Below, one piece after another: positions 24,428-33,193 of a stretch of 39,505 bases of DNA. The notes under the pieces were generated by a model, which worked only from the letters and a program-made list of their open reading frames with translations, made no database searches and was not told the DNA's origin. Numbering within the stretch: position 1 is the stretch's first letter; the number at the start of each line of letters is the position of its first letter. The translations under genes and the position numbers were made by a program. The stretch is from a virus (Duplodnaviria > Caudoviricetes): positions 1 to 39,505 of IMG/VR virus record IMGVR_UViG_3300037714_000280. One strand, 5' to 3'.

Positions 24428-26100
24428 TGAGCCGCGCCCTGGCGCAGCGGAGCAACGCCCGGCTGCGGGTGGTCGGTGCCGAGGATGGCGCGCCGACCCT
24501 CACCGGCGCGCAACTGCAAAAGCAGCAGGCGCTGGTGCTGGTGATGCGCTACGTGCGCAACATCCGCGGGGAGCTGGGCACCGACAGCCTGCGCCCGGCC
24601 TGTGCCGAATTTGAACGCCAGTTCAACGCCCGGCTGCTGCCCACCGCCGTGCTGGGTGCGCTGATGACCCTGCGCCCCACCAAGGCGGGCAGCTGCCCGG
24701 ACCGCGCCACCCTGTATCGCTGGGATGAGCGCTATACCCGGTTTCTGCAGGGCGGGAATACGGCCGCCGCACCGAAGCACCAGGGCCGGCAGCGCACGGT
24801 ATATGGCTGGGAGGCCCGCGCCATCCACCTCTGGCAGCAGCCGACCAAGCCGGCCATGTCCACGGTAGCCTACTGGCTGCGCGGCGAGAACTTCGATTCC
24901 GCCACCGACAGCCGGGTACGGCGCTACCTCAAATCCCTGCCCGCCACCCTGGGTGAGCAGAGCGCCCAGCGCATGGGCCGGCACTTCTATCAGCAGAACC
25001 TGCGGCCCTATGTGCTGCGCGACGACACGGTGCTGCCGGTCGGGCTGATCTACCAGGGCGACGGGCACAACTGCGACGTGTATGTCGCGCACCCCAACAC
25101 CGGCAAGCCCTGGCGTCCGGAGTTCACGCCCTGGATCGATGTGCGCAGCCACTACGTGGTGGGCTGGTATCTCTCCGAGGCCGAGTCGAGCCTGACCACG
25201 CTGTTCAGCCTCAGCCATGCGCTGGCGCACCACGACCACGTCTGCGCGCTGATCCACGTCGACCCGGGCTCCGGGTTCAAGAACCGCATGATGACCGACG
25301 AAGTGAGCGGCTACCTGGCGCGCATGAGCATCGAGTTCATGTCGGCGCTGCCCGGAAACGCCAAGGGCAAGGGGCTGGTGGAAGGCTTCTTCCACATCTT
25401 CGAGGAGCGGCTCGGCAAGACCTTCCCGACCTTCTGCGGCCACAACCGCAGCGATGATTACCTGCGCCACCTGAGCCAGAAGGTGAAGCGCGGCCAGATC
25501 GTGCTGCCGACGCTGGCGGAGTACCGCGACGCCATCGCCGCCTACATAGAGCGCTACAACAACACCTACCAGGAGCGCCTCGGCTGTACACCAGCCGAGC
25601 TCTGGGCGCAGCTGGAACGCACCCCGCTGGAAACCGCCGAGGCGGCCATCATCCGGCCACGCGAACTGCGCAAGGTACAGCGCTGGGGCGTGACCCTGCA
25701 CAACCGTATGTATCGCCACGCGGAGCTGGCGCATTACAACGGCCGCGAGGTGATGGTCGAGTACGACCTGCACAACGACGCGACGGTGACCATCCGCGAC
25801 CACCAGGCGCGCTTCATCTGCGAGGCGGAACAGGTGGACCGCAAACCCTGGCTGCCGGCCTCGCGCATCGAGGAGCTGCAGCAAAACCGGGTGGACGGCC
25901 AGCGCAAACGCCTGCAGCAAAAGCTGGATGAGGTTCAGGCGCGCGGCCGGGCGGCCATCACCCACGATGCCGTACTGGAGGACATCGAACTGCTCTGTGA
26001 TACGCCCGCGCTGGGCCACGCCCCGGACGGACCGTCCACGCCTTCGCCGCGATCCCTGCCGGACCCTGCCGACCTCGACATCCTGGACACCGATTACTAA
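24424..26100 (+). CDS. Mu-like DDE transposase (A), about 557 aa
   Basis: Catalytic motifs YQGDGH, HVDPGSGF and AKGKGLVEGFF; YN...TP; C-terminal RKVQRWGV.L.NR.Y...V.YD..N domain. Confidence 0.93.
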   Translation: MMSRALAQRSNARLRVVGAEDGAPTLTGAQLQKQQALVLVMRYVRNIRGELGTDSLRPACAEFERQFNARLLPTAVLGALMTLRPTKAGSCPDRATLYRWDERYTRFLQGGNTAAAPKHQGRQRTVYGWEARAIHLWQQPTKPAMSTVAYWLRGENFDSATDSRVRRYLKSLPATLGEQSAQRMGRHFYQQNLRPYVLRDDTVLPVGLIYQGDGHNCDVYVAHPNTGKPWRPEFTPWIDVRSHYVVGWYLSEAESSLTTLFSLSHALAHHDHVCALIHVDPGSGFKNRMMTDEVSGYLARMSIEFMSALPGNAKGKGLVEGFFHIFEERLGKTFPTFCGHNRSDDYLRHLSQKVKRGQIVLPTLAEYRDAIAAYIERYNNTYQERLGCTPAELWAQLERTPLETAEAAIIRPRELRKVQRWGVTLHNRMYRHAELAHYNGREVMVEYDLHNDATVTIRDHQARFICEAEQVDRKPWLPASRIEELQQNRVDGQRKRLQQKLDEVQARGRAAITHDAVLEDIELLCDTPALGHAPDGPSTPSPRSLPDPADLDILDTDY

Positions 26101-26116
26101 CCAGAAGGAGAACAAC

Positions 26117-27181
26117 ATGAGTGCAGCCATCCCCATCAGTCATCGCCAGAGCCTGATGCCCATGCCGGAGACCTGGACCGACGCCTACACCGAAGCGGAC
26201 CGGGAGGCCGTCCGCAGCATCATCGAATGGCTGAACGACGGCCAGGTGCATGTACCCGGCTACGCCAACCAGCGCACCCAGACCAAGCTGGGCCGGGCGG
26301 CCAAGGTCAACGTCTCCACGCTGAATTCCATCCTGGCGGGCAAGTACCCCAGCAGTCCGAGCAAATGGCTGGCCCAGGCGCTGGACGCCCTGCGGCGCCA
26401 GGCCCATCGCGAGCGGGACGGGGTGCGGGAACTGCCGTTTGTGGTGACCTCGGTGTACCGCGTGGCGCAGGCCGCCTGCCACCGCGCCCACCTGTACCGC
26501 AACTTCGGGGTGATCAGCGCCTATGTGGGCACCGGTAAGACCACGGCGGTGAAGCAGTACGCCCGTGAGCATTCCAGCGTGATCCTGGTCGAGGCGACGC
26601 CCGACATGAACGCCGCGGTGCTGCTCACCGAACTGGTGGATCAAACCGGCGCCGAGGTGCACAAGTCCAACCGCTACTCGGCGGGCACCAAGGCTGAGCG
26701 CATGCATGCGGTGATCCGTGTACTCAAGGGCAGCGACAGCCTGCTGATCCTCGACGAAGCGGAGACGGTGACCGCCCCCACCCTGGAATACGTGCGGCGC
26801 ATCTCCGACAAGGCTGGCATCGGCGTGGTGCTGTCCGGCACCGAGAAGCTCAAGCCCATGATCAAGGATCCACGCGGGCGCTTCGGGCAGATCAGCAGCC
26901 GCGTGGGCTTCTGGCCGCCGATCGTCCAATCCATCACCGAGGAGGATGCCTACGCGCTCACCCGCGCCGGGTTGAACGATGACGACGTCGAGCTGAGTCC
27001 GGCGGTGCTGGACGCCTTCTGGCAGATGTGCGACGGCTCGGCGCGCGTGCTGGCCAACAGCCTGGTGCCCGGGGTGCGCGACTACGGGCTGAAGAAGGGC
27101 AAGGCGCTCACGCCGGAGCTGGTGTTCCGGGTGGGTGAGGAACTGCTGGGTTTCAAACGACCGACGGCACGGAGGGGCTGA
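26117..27181 (+). CDS. MuB-like AAA+ transposition ATPase, 354 aa
   Basis: AAGGAG SD and ATG 26117; N-terminal HTH (STLNSILAGKY), Walker A YVGTGKT, Walker B LLILDEAE, QISSRVG. Confidence 0.92.
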   Translation: MSAAIPISHRQSLMPMPETWTDAYTEADREAVRSIIEWLNDGQVHVPGYANQRTQTKLGRAAKVNVSTLNSILAGKYPSSPSKWLAQALDALRRQAHRERDGVRELPFVVTSVYRVAQAACHRAHLYRNFGVISAYVGTGKTTAVKQYAREHSSVILVEATPDMNAAVLLTELVDQTGAEVHKSNRYSAGTKAERMHAVIRVLKGSDSLLILDEAETVTAPTLEYVRRISDKAGIGVVLSGTEKLKPMIKDPRGRFGQISSRVGFWPPIVQSITEEDAYALTRAGLNDDDVELSPAVLDAFWQMCDGSARVLANSLVPGVRDYGLKKGKALTPELVFRVGEELLGFKRPTARRG

Positions 27182-27182
27182 C

Positions 27183-27524
27183 ATGAAAGAGTACTCGACT
27201 GAATACGTGGAATGCGCTCGCAAGGTGTACCGCAATGAAAATCTGTATCACCGCGCCGGCATTCTGTTCGACACGTTCCTGCTGATGCCGACGGAGATCC
27301 TGCAGGCGGTGCGCAATCGGCCGGCGGATGTCGAGCCGCTGCTGCCACGCCAGGAGCGCGTCATGCACGAACAACTGGTGCGCGAGCTCGCCGAACGCGA
27401 GGAGGCGGCGCTGCCGGCCGGCACGACCCTGCGCGGGGACCGCTATGTGCAGGGGCTGCGCCACCACGCGTATACCGTGTCCGGCGCGCTACACCTGGAC
27501 CTGGCACGCAAGGGGGTCTCATGA
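27183..27524 (+). CDS. Hypothetical protein, 113 aa
   Basis: GGAGG SD, ATG 27183, coupled to the next ORF. Confidence 0.65.
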   Translation: MKEYSTEYVECARKVYRNENLYHRAGILFDTFLLMPTEILQAVRNRPADVEPLLPRQERVMHEQLVRELAEREEAALPAGTTLRGDRYVQGLRHHAYTVSGALHLDLARKGVS

Positions 27525-27736
27525 GCACTGAGCCGATGCCGGACACCAACGGGCTGGTGGTGGAGGAGATCCCCGATCGGCGCACCGACCATTCGCTTCG
27601 CCTGCTGATCCAGATCGGCAATCAGATGGCCAAGGCCGCCGCGGTTGACCCTGCACTGACGGCCGAATGGTGCGTGGCGCTGTACCGGCTGCGCCGGCGG
27701 TTCCGTCACGAAAGGAGCGAATCACATGATGCATAG
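27521..27736 (+). CDS. Hypothetical protein, 71 aa
   Basis: ATGA coupling; fills the operon gap. Confidence 0.55.
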   Translation: MSTEPMPDTNGLVVEEIPDRRTDHSLRLLIQIGNQMAKAAAVDPALTAEWCVALYRLRRRFRHERSESHDA

Positions 27737-28319
27737 CCTGGAAACCTTCACGGGCCACCTGGTGAACCTGGTGCAGCCACAGTCGGACAGCATCCGGCTG
27801 ATCGACATCATCTGGGGGCTGTCGCGCACGCCGCGCTTCAACGGCCATACCCTGGGACGGCATCCCTACTCGGTGGCCCAGCATTCGGTGTGGGTGGCGC
27901 GGGCCGCCATGCGCTACTGCGGGGCCGATCCCCAAATGGCCCGCTATGCGCTGCTGCATGACGCCCACGAGGCCTACAGCGGCGACCTGGTGCAGCCCCT
28001 GAAATCCACCTCGCATCTACAGGGGGTTCACCTCCTGGAGGCGCGGCTGCAGGAGGCCATCCACCAGGCGTTCGAGCTGCCGCTGCCGTCGCCGCGCACC
28101 CTGGCGGTGATCCGGGCCTGCGATCGCATGGCCCTGGCCGTGGAGGCACGCCACCTGATGTATTCGGCGGGCAAGGGCTGGGCGGTGATGTCAGAAGTCG
28201 AGGAAGACGTGTTCAGCGACTTCTGGGACCCGCTACCGGCCGAGGAGGCCTACGGACTGTTTGAGGATGCCTGGCATCGACTGGCCCAGGGCCGAGACCT
28301 GGAGGGGCTATGCGCGTGA
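27726..28319 (+). CDS. HD-superfamily phosphohydrolase (YfbR/YfdR-like), 197 aa
   Basis: RFNGHT, YSVAQHS, ALLHDAHEAY.GD and D..ALA.E motifs. Confidence 0.88.
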   Translation: MMHSLETFTGHLVNLVQPQSDSIRLIDIIWGLSRTPRFNGHTLGRHPYSVAQHSVWVARAAMRYCGADPQMARYALLHDAHEAYSGDLVQPLKSTSHLQGVHLLEARLQEAIHQAFELPLPSPRTLAVIRACDRMALAVEARHLMYSAGKGWAVMSEVEEDVFSDFWDPLPAEEAYGLFEDAWHRLAQGRDLEGLCA

Positions 28320-28858
28320 GCTGTCCGGTGTGTGGCGCCATGTTCGATCTCATCCAGGCCCTGGAAGACAAGGAGGGACGGCAGTGGGTGGCGCAGCTGG
28401 CGGAGCTGCCGCCCACGGTCATCAAGCCGCTCATCCGTTACCTGCACCTGTTTCGTCCGGAGCAGCGCGCCATGCGCTGGTCGCGGTTGCTGAAACTCAC
28501 CGCCGAGCTGGTGCCGATGATCAAGGCGGCACAGGTCAACCGCAACGGCATCGACTATGCCGTGCCGGCCTCCCAGTGGGCCGATGCGATGGACCACCTG
28601 GTGGACACCCCGCCCAAGACCCTGCTCCTGCCCCTCAAGAGCAACGGCTACCTGCTGTCGATCCTCGCCGGCCAGGCCGGGCAGGCGGAGGCCGCTGTCG
28701 AGCGTGAGGCCGAGGAGCGCAAGCGGCAGCGCGGCCGCGAGGGTAAGGAGCAGGGCCCGCAGGCGGTCGGGCAGATCCTGGACGGGGGCGGCAAGTCGCG
28801 CAGCGGCCCGCCGCCCGGCTGGAAACACAACGCCCTGGGAGGGAAGCCACGTGATTGA
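28310..28858 (+). CDS. Conserved Mu-like early protein with N-terminal CxxC, 182 aa
   Basis: CPVCGA, RYL.LFRP, LPLKSNGYL motifs. Confidence 0.75.
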   Translation: MRVSCPVCGAMFDLIQALEDKEGRQWVAQLAELPPTVIKPLIRYLHLFRPEQRAMRWSRLLKLTAELVPMIKAAQVNRNGIDYAVPASQWADAMDHLVDTPPKTLLLPLKSNGYLLSILAGQAGQAEAAVEREAEERKRQRGREGKEQGPQAVGQILDGGGKSRSGPPPGWKHNALGGKPRD

Positions 28859-29243
28859 ACTGGACCGCGAAGAAGTGAAGGCCCGTGTGCGGGAGATCCT
28901 GGAGCGGCACGAGGGGCCCGGCGACTGCATCACCATGACGGCGCTGCATAGCCAGGCCACCGGCCAGGTGATTATTCCCTGGCGGCGCTACGACCAGTCG
29001 CGCCTGGTGCGTAGCCTGGTCGCCGAGCTGCGCCGCGAGGGCTGCCCCATCGGCGATCGCGGTGGGCGCGAGGGTGGCTATTTCTGGGCCGCTGATCGCC
29101 AGCAGCTGGAACCCACCATCGCCAAGCTGCACGCCCGCGCCCTGTCGAGCCTGCGCCAGGAGGCGGTGCTCAAACGGGTGCGCGCCGAAGAGCTGTTACA
29201 GCAGTACGAAATCGAACTATCCACCGAAGAGGAACCGCAATGA
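28851..29243 (+). CDS. Putative winged-HTH protein, 130 aa
   Basis: GTG 28851; R.VR..V.ELRREG.PI......GGYF pattern. Confidence 0.65.
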   Translation: MIELDREEVKARVREILERHEGPGDCITMTALHSQATGQVIIPWRRYDQSRLVRSLVAELRREGCPIGDRGGREGGYFWAADRQQLEPTIAKLHARALSSLRQEAVLKRVRAEELLQQYEIELSTEEEPQ

Positions 29244-29764
29244 GCACCACACACGAGATCGAGCAGTTGACCCGCGAGTATGCCGAGGCCCGCGCCTACC
29301 TGGCCGGCGTCATCACCACCCTGCAGGAGGAGCTGGAGCGGGTGAAGCACCCGGTGCTGCCTGTGATCCGCGCGGCGGTCGGCCAGACCGCCGAGAAGCA
29401 CGCCGCCCTGCGGGCCGCCGTCGAGGCCGCGCCGGCGCTCTTCATCAAGCCGCGCACCCTGACCATCGCCGGGGTGCGGGTAGGGTTCATGAAACAGCGC
29501 GGGCAAGTAGTCATCGAGGACGAGGAGGCCGTGATCGCGCGCATCCGCAAGCTGTTGCCGGAGGAGCAGGCGGATCTGCTGATCCGGGTGCGCGAGAGCG
29601 TCCACAAGCCGGCCGTGTACGACCTCACCGCCGGCGACCTCAAGCGCCTGGGCATCACGGTGACAGCCGACGCGGACATGGTGACCATCAAGCCGGTCGA
29701 TGGCGAGGTGGACAAGCTTGTGGCGGCGCTGCTGGCGGAGGCGGAACGGGTGGAGGCGGCATGA
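29240..29764 (+). CDS. gam: Gam-like host-nuclease inhibitor, 174 aa
   Basis: N-terminal coiled coil followed by LF.KPRT..IAGVRVGF.K, LIRVRESVHK and LKRLGI; usual Mu early position. Confidence 0.7.
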   Translation: MSTTHEIEQLTREYAEARAYLAGVITTLQEELERVKHPVLPVIRAAVGQTAEKHAALRAAVEAAPALFIKPRTLTIAGVRVGFMKQRGQVVIEDEEAVIARIRKLLPEEQADLLIRVRESVHKPAVYDLTAGDLKRLGITVTADADMVTIKPVDGEVDKLVAALLAEAERVEAA

Positions 29765-30006
29765 ATAGGGACACCACAAGCAGCCGGACTTCGGCCGCGG
29801 CCGAGGTGCAACGACTCCTCGCCAACCAGGTGGTCGTCGATGACTTGTCAATAACGGCCAACCACAGCATGCAGACCGAGCTGGAGATGCTGGGCACTCC
29901 CGGCTTGAATGAGGTGCTGCCGGCGCATGTGTTTTATGTATTACAGGCCCTGGTGCAGCACCTCCTGGTGCAGTCCACAGAAGCGCAGCAGAGGGAATCG
30001 GCATGA
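29761..30006 (+). CDS. Hypothetical protein, 81 aa
   Basis: ATGA overlap with gam; GGAGG SD. Confidence 0.55.
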   Translation: MNRDTTSSRTSAAAEVQRLLANQVVVDDLSITANHSMQTELEMLGTPGLNEVLPAHVFYVLQALVQHLLVQSTEAQQRESA

Positions 30007-30019
30007 GGAGGATCAAGTG

Positions 30020-30478
30020 ATGGCCGCCGGCAATGAAGCCCGCCGCCGTTACTACGCCCTGCTGCACGTTGGCAAGCAGCAGCTGGGCATGGCGGATGAC
30101 GCCTTCGAGGCCCTGCTGGTGCGTCACGGCGCCAGGGCGGTGGGGGGCCGGATCTCCAAGACCACCATGTCGGTGTCGGAGCTGTTCAAGGCCGTCGAGG
30201 AGCTGCGCGCGAAAGGCTTCCGGTCACAGCCCAAGCGGGGTTCGGTCGCGGCCATTGGCGATTGGCGCAAGAACCGCATCAAGATGATCACCGCGCTCTG
30301 GTGCCAGTTGGCGGATGTGGGGGCCGTGCGCAACCGCAGCGAGGCCTCGATGGCCAAATGGTGCGCAACCCTCACCCACAAGCCGCGCCTGCAGTGGGCC
30401 AGCTCCGAGGAGCTGAACCACTGCATCGAGGGACTCAAGAGCTGGGCCCGGCGCGAAGGGGTGAAGCTGGATGATTGA
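30020..30478 (+). CDS. Mu gp16/GemA-like protein (DUF1018-like), 152 aa
   Basis: LHVGKQQLGM.DD, EL...GF, KMI.ALW..L...G.VRN.SE, IE.LK.W..R motifs. Confidence 0.85.
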   Translation: MAAGNEARRRYYALLHVGKQQLGMADDAFEALLVRHGARAVGGRISKTTMSVSELFKAVEELRAKGFRSQPKRGSVAAIGDWRKNRIKMITALWCQLADVGAVRNRSEASMAKWCATLTHKPRLQWASSEELNHCIEGLKSWARREGVKLDD

Positions 30479-30923
30479 GGGGGAGGACAAGCTGGACCTG
30501 GTCGACCCGGATCTGCTGCCGCCGCAGATCCGCTGCCTGGTGAAGCTGATCGGCATGCCCGATACGCTGGCGCTGTTGCGCGCCAGAGGCGGACTGGGGC
30601 CGACCTACATTCCCGTCACGCCGGATCCCACCTGCGCATTGGCCGCGGTGATCAGCAGGGAGTCGCTGGACATCATGTGCGAACGCTACGGGCGCGATAT
30701 GCTCGACCTGCCCAAGCCGGACAAGGTATTGCAGCAGCTGCGCAACCATTACATCAACGAGGCCAGCCGCCAGGGTGCCAAGAGCGGCCGGCAGCTGGCG
30801 GCGGAAACGGGGTTGACCTGGCGCATGATCAAGAAGATCAAGGCCCAGGCCCGCGAGGAGTGCGATCGCACCGGTGATCTATTCGCCCTTGACAATCCTG
30901 CCCCATCTCGCCAGTCTAAATAA
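30471..30923 (+). CDS. Mor/C-family transcription activator, 150 aa
   Basis: LP.....LIG...L....GG...YIP, LPK, RN..I, C-terminal HTH (LAAETGLTWRMIKKI); last early gene. Confidence 0.85.
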   Translation: MIEGEDKLDLVDPDLLPPQIRCLVKLIGMPDTLALLRARGGLGPTYIPVTPDPTCALAAVISRESLDIMCERYGRDMLDLPKPDKVLQQLRNHYINEASRQGAKSGRQLAAETGLTWRMIKKIKAQAREECDRTGDLFALDNPAPSRQSK

Positions 30924-30940
30924 CGAACCCACCCCTGCGT

Positions 30941-30993
30941 GGGGAACTCTTTCCCCCGTCCCATCTACCCGCTCCCCCGCCATGCTGTGCAGC
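30941..30993 (+). promoter_or_regulatory. Late promoter 2 (Mor/C-type dyad plus -10), lysis-packaging arm
   Basis: GGGGAA-CTCT-TTCCCC (30941-30956), 24 nt, CATGCT (30981-30986), 7 nt, ATG 30994. Confidence 0.8.
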
Positions 30994-31182
30994 ATGGTCA
31001 TCTCGCCGTCACCCATCCGCCCACGTCAACACGCCACGCGCATCGTGGAGCGTGTGAACGCGCTGCTGCGTGAGGAGCTGCGCGCCGTGCCGACCGAGCA
31101 GCGCGGCCTGGTGCTCGATCATGTGCAGGACCATATCGCCAAGCGGCACTTCAACCGCCAGCGCCGCAAGGTGGCGGCGTGA
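30994..31182 (+). CDS. First late hypothetical protein, 62 aa
   Basis: MVISPSPIRPRQHATRI...VP...RGLVLDHV; apparent leaderless start; GTGA coupling to the endolysin. Confidence 0.65.
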   Translation: MVISPSPIRPRQHATRIVERVNALLREELRAVPTEQRGLVLDHVQDHIAKRHFNRQRRKVAA

Positions 31183-31673
31183 GGGCCTCGGAACTGGACT
31201 GGTACCAGAGCCATCGCCTGTCCCCCCGGGAATGGCCACGCGGGGTGCTGGAGCACATGGATGCCCGGGTGATCATGGCCCTCATCGATGCGCGTGAGGC
31301 CCTGCCGGCCAGCCACGCCTTCACCCCTTCGCCCGTTCCGGAGGGCCATGTGCGGCTGACGGGCAATCCCGCCAGTCGTCACTATGCCGGCAATGGTCGG
31401 CTGTCCGATGCCACGGACTTCTTCGTGGCCTGGCCGCATGCCTGGGACGTGCTCACCGAGTTGCAAGGTCAGCACTACGGCGGCATCGGCATCTATACCG
31501 ACATGATGCTGCGCGGTGTGCCCGGTGATTACTGCATGTTCCATATCGATCTGCGCCCGAACCGTTTGCTGTGGGTCGGTTGGCGCGATGGTCGCGACCA
31601 GCCGACCCAGTACGTCTACCACAACCGCGATCCCCTGACCTATCACCGCCTCCTGGCCGAGCGCGGAAAATGA
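31179..31673 (+). CDS. Putative endolysin, peptidase M15-like, 164 aa
   Basis: SRH.......ATD, GGIGIY and FHIDLR match the M15 Zn-binding S-x-H...D...H layout; lies in the lysis position near the holin. Confidence 0.7.
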   Translation: MRASELDWYQSHRLSPREWPRGVLEHMDARVIMALIDAREALPASHAFTPSPVPEGHVRLTGNPASRHYAGNGRLSDATDFFVAWPHAWDVLTELQGQHYGGIGIYTDMMLRGVPGDYCMFHIDLRPNRLLWVGWRDGRDQPTQYVYHNRDPLTYHRLLAERGK

Positions 31674-31981
31674 GCGCGCATTTCGAGGCGACCACCGGCC
31701 TGATCTATCTCTACGACGAGGGCATGAACTATGCCCGCATGGACCGCTACCGCGCCGTGCTGAACCTGCTATTCCCAGCGCCGGACATGGCGGTGGTCAC
31801 CGGCACCAATGGCGAGATCCGGCCGCACGATCTGCGCGATATCGGCCAGCTGCTGCACGAGCGCGGCGTGGCCACGCTCTATATGCGACGCGCCCCCGGC
31901 CATCGCATGCCCTATGCCGTCAAGGAGGGCACCGGTCCGTTCCGCGGCTGGTGGCGCATCCGCATCGAGGAGCACCTGTAA
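31670..31981 (+). CDS. Hypothetical protein in the lysis cassette, 103 aa
   Basis: ATGA and TAATG coupling at both ends. Confidence 0.65.
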   Translation: MSAHFEATTGLIYLYDEGMNYARMDRYRAVLNLLFPAPDMAVVTGTNGEIRPHDLRDIGQLLHERGVATLYMRRAPGHRMPYAVKEGTGPFRGWWRIRIEEHL

Positions 31982-32424
31982 TGGACCCCATCACCCTCGG
32001 CGGTGTATTCAATATCGGCGGCAAGCTCATCGACAAGCTGTTTCCCGATCCTGCACAACGGGCCCAGGCCCAGGCCGAGCTGGTGCGCCTGCAGCAGGCG
32101 GGCGAACTGCAGCAGGTGGAGGCGCAGCTCTCCGCCATCATCGCCGAGGCCCAGAGCACGGATCGCTGGACCTCGCGTGCGCGGCCATCGTTTCTGTATG
32201 TGGTGTACATCATGATCCTGGCCGCGATCCCGATGGGCATCCTGCATGCCTTCCGGCCGGACACGGCGGCGGCGATCGCCGTCGGCATGAAGGCCTGGCT
32301 GGATGCGATACCCGAAGAACTGTGGTGGCTGTTCGGCACTGGCTATCTCGGGTACACGGGATTCCGCTCAATGGATAAACGCGGCTCGGCGAGCAAGCTT
32401 GCGAGCAAGTGGGGTGGTTCATGA
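31981..32424 (+). CDS. Holin (GTA-type 3TM family), 147 aa
   Basis: KLIDKLFPDP, I.AEAQS...WTSRARP, TM helices, LGY.G.RS.DK. Confidence 0.85.
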   Translation: MDPITLGGVFNIGGKLIDKLFPDPAQRAQAQAELVRLQQAGELQQVEAQLSAIIAEAQSTDRWTSRARPSFLYVVYIMILAAIPMGILHAFRPDTAAAIAVGMKAWLDAIPEELWWLFGTGYLGYTGFRSMDKRGSASKLASKWGGS

Positions 32425-32513
32425 CGCTGGCTGAGGCGGTGGTAGAGGCGGCGGATTCTTTGGGTGTAGCCATTGTGATCGCGGCGTTTGTGCGCGGGTT
32501 GCTGAATAAGTAG
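32421..32513 (+). CDS. 30-aa hydrophobic peptide
   Basis: ATGA overlap with the holin stop; MTLAEAVVEAADSLGVAIVIAAFVRGLLNK*; below the ORF-track cut-off. Confidence 0.5.
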   Translation: MTLAEAVVEAADSLGVAIVIAAFVRGLLNK

Positions 32514-32516
32514 GGG

Positions 32517-32858
32517 GTGTTGGTGGAGATTGATTATACCGCCTGGCGGTTCTGGATGGATCTGCTGCTGATTCTGGTTGTGATGCTGCAGGGCATCTAC
32601 ACCTGGTTCGTGAATCGCACCAAGGTCAACAAGGCGGCCATCGACCGGGTGGACGGCCGGGTGTCGGAAGTGGTCGAGCGGGTCACTCTTCTGGAGCGGG
32701 ATGTGCGTCACCTCCCCAACCATGATGACCTCGGTGAGCTGCACGAGAAGGTGAACACCATCGCCACCAGTATGGGCAAGATCGAGGGCGAGCTAGCCGC
32801 CCTGGTGCGGAGCCTGAGCATGATCCACGAGCACCTGCTGAATGAGGTGAAGCGATGA
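32517..32858 (+). CDS. Mu gp25-like (DUF2730-like) membrane coiled-coil protein
   Basis: N-terminal TM helix, LE....HLP..D, I.E.LL; exact start (32517-32523) uncertain. Confidence 0.75.
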   Translation: MLVEIDYTAWRFWMDLLLILVVMLQGIYTWFVNRTKVNKAAIDRVDGRVSEVVERVTLLERDVRHLPNHDDLGELHEKVNTIATSMGKIEGELAALVRSLSMIHEHLLNEVKR

Positions 32859-33193
32859 GCGAGTACCGCGACCGCCATGCCGCCATGATGCGGCGCATGC
32901 TGCTGGAGGCGCTGGAGCGGGCACCGGGCTACACGGCGCCCGATCTGCTGCTGCAGGCTGCGCTCGAATCCCACGCGATGGTGGTGGGGTTGGATCGGCT
33001 GCGCACGGAACTCGCCTGGCTGGCCGAGCAGGGCCTGGTGGAGCATGCCGAGGGCGCCACGCTGCTGACGGCCCGTGGTCTGGATGTGGCCCTGGGACGC
33101 GCGGACGTGCCCGGTGTGCAGCGCCGGCCACCGGGCGGGATCATCGGCTTGGGCACCAGCCTGCTGGCCTCACGGCTGCGCGGGGACGGCTGA
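32855..33193 (+). CDS. Mu gp26-like protein, 112 aa
   Basis: ELAWLAEQGLV...LTARG.DVA.G...VPGV.R motif. Confidence 0.85.
   Translation: MSEYRDRHAAMMRRMLLEALERAPGYTAPDLLLQAALESHAMVVGLDRLRTELAWLAEQGLVEHAEGATLLTARGLDVALGRADVPGVQRRPPGGIIGLGTSLLASRLRGDG

Noticed and set aside
23327-27235. Long minus-strand ORFs (343, 795, 425 aa), and similar long opposite-strand ORFs elsewhere
   Set aside because: Shadows of well-supported GC-rich genes (transposase, ATPase etc.); no motifs or ribosome-binding sites.
27726-28319. Z-genome (DatZ/PurZ) pathway
   Set aside because: No PurZ-, MazZ- or polymerase-like gene is present; a lone HD protein is not enough.
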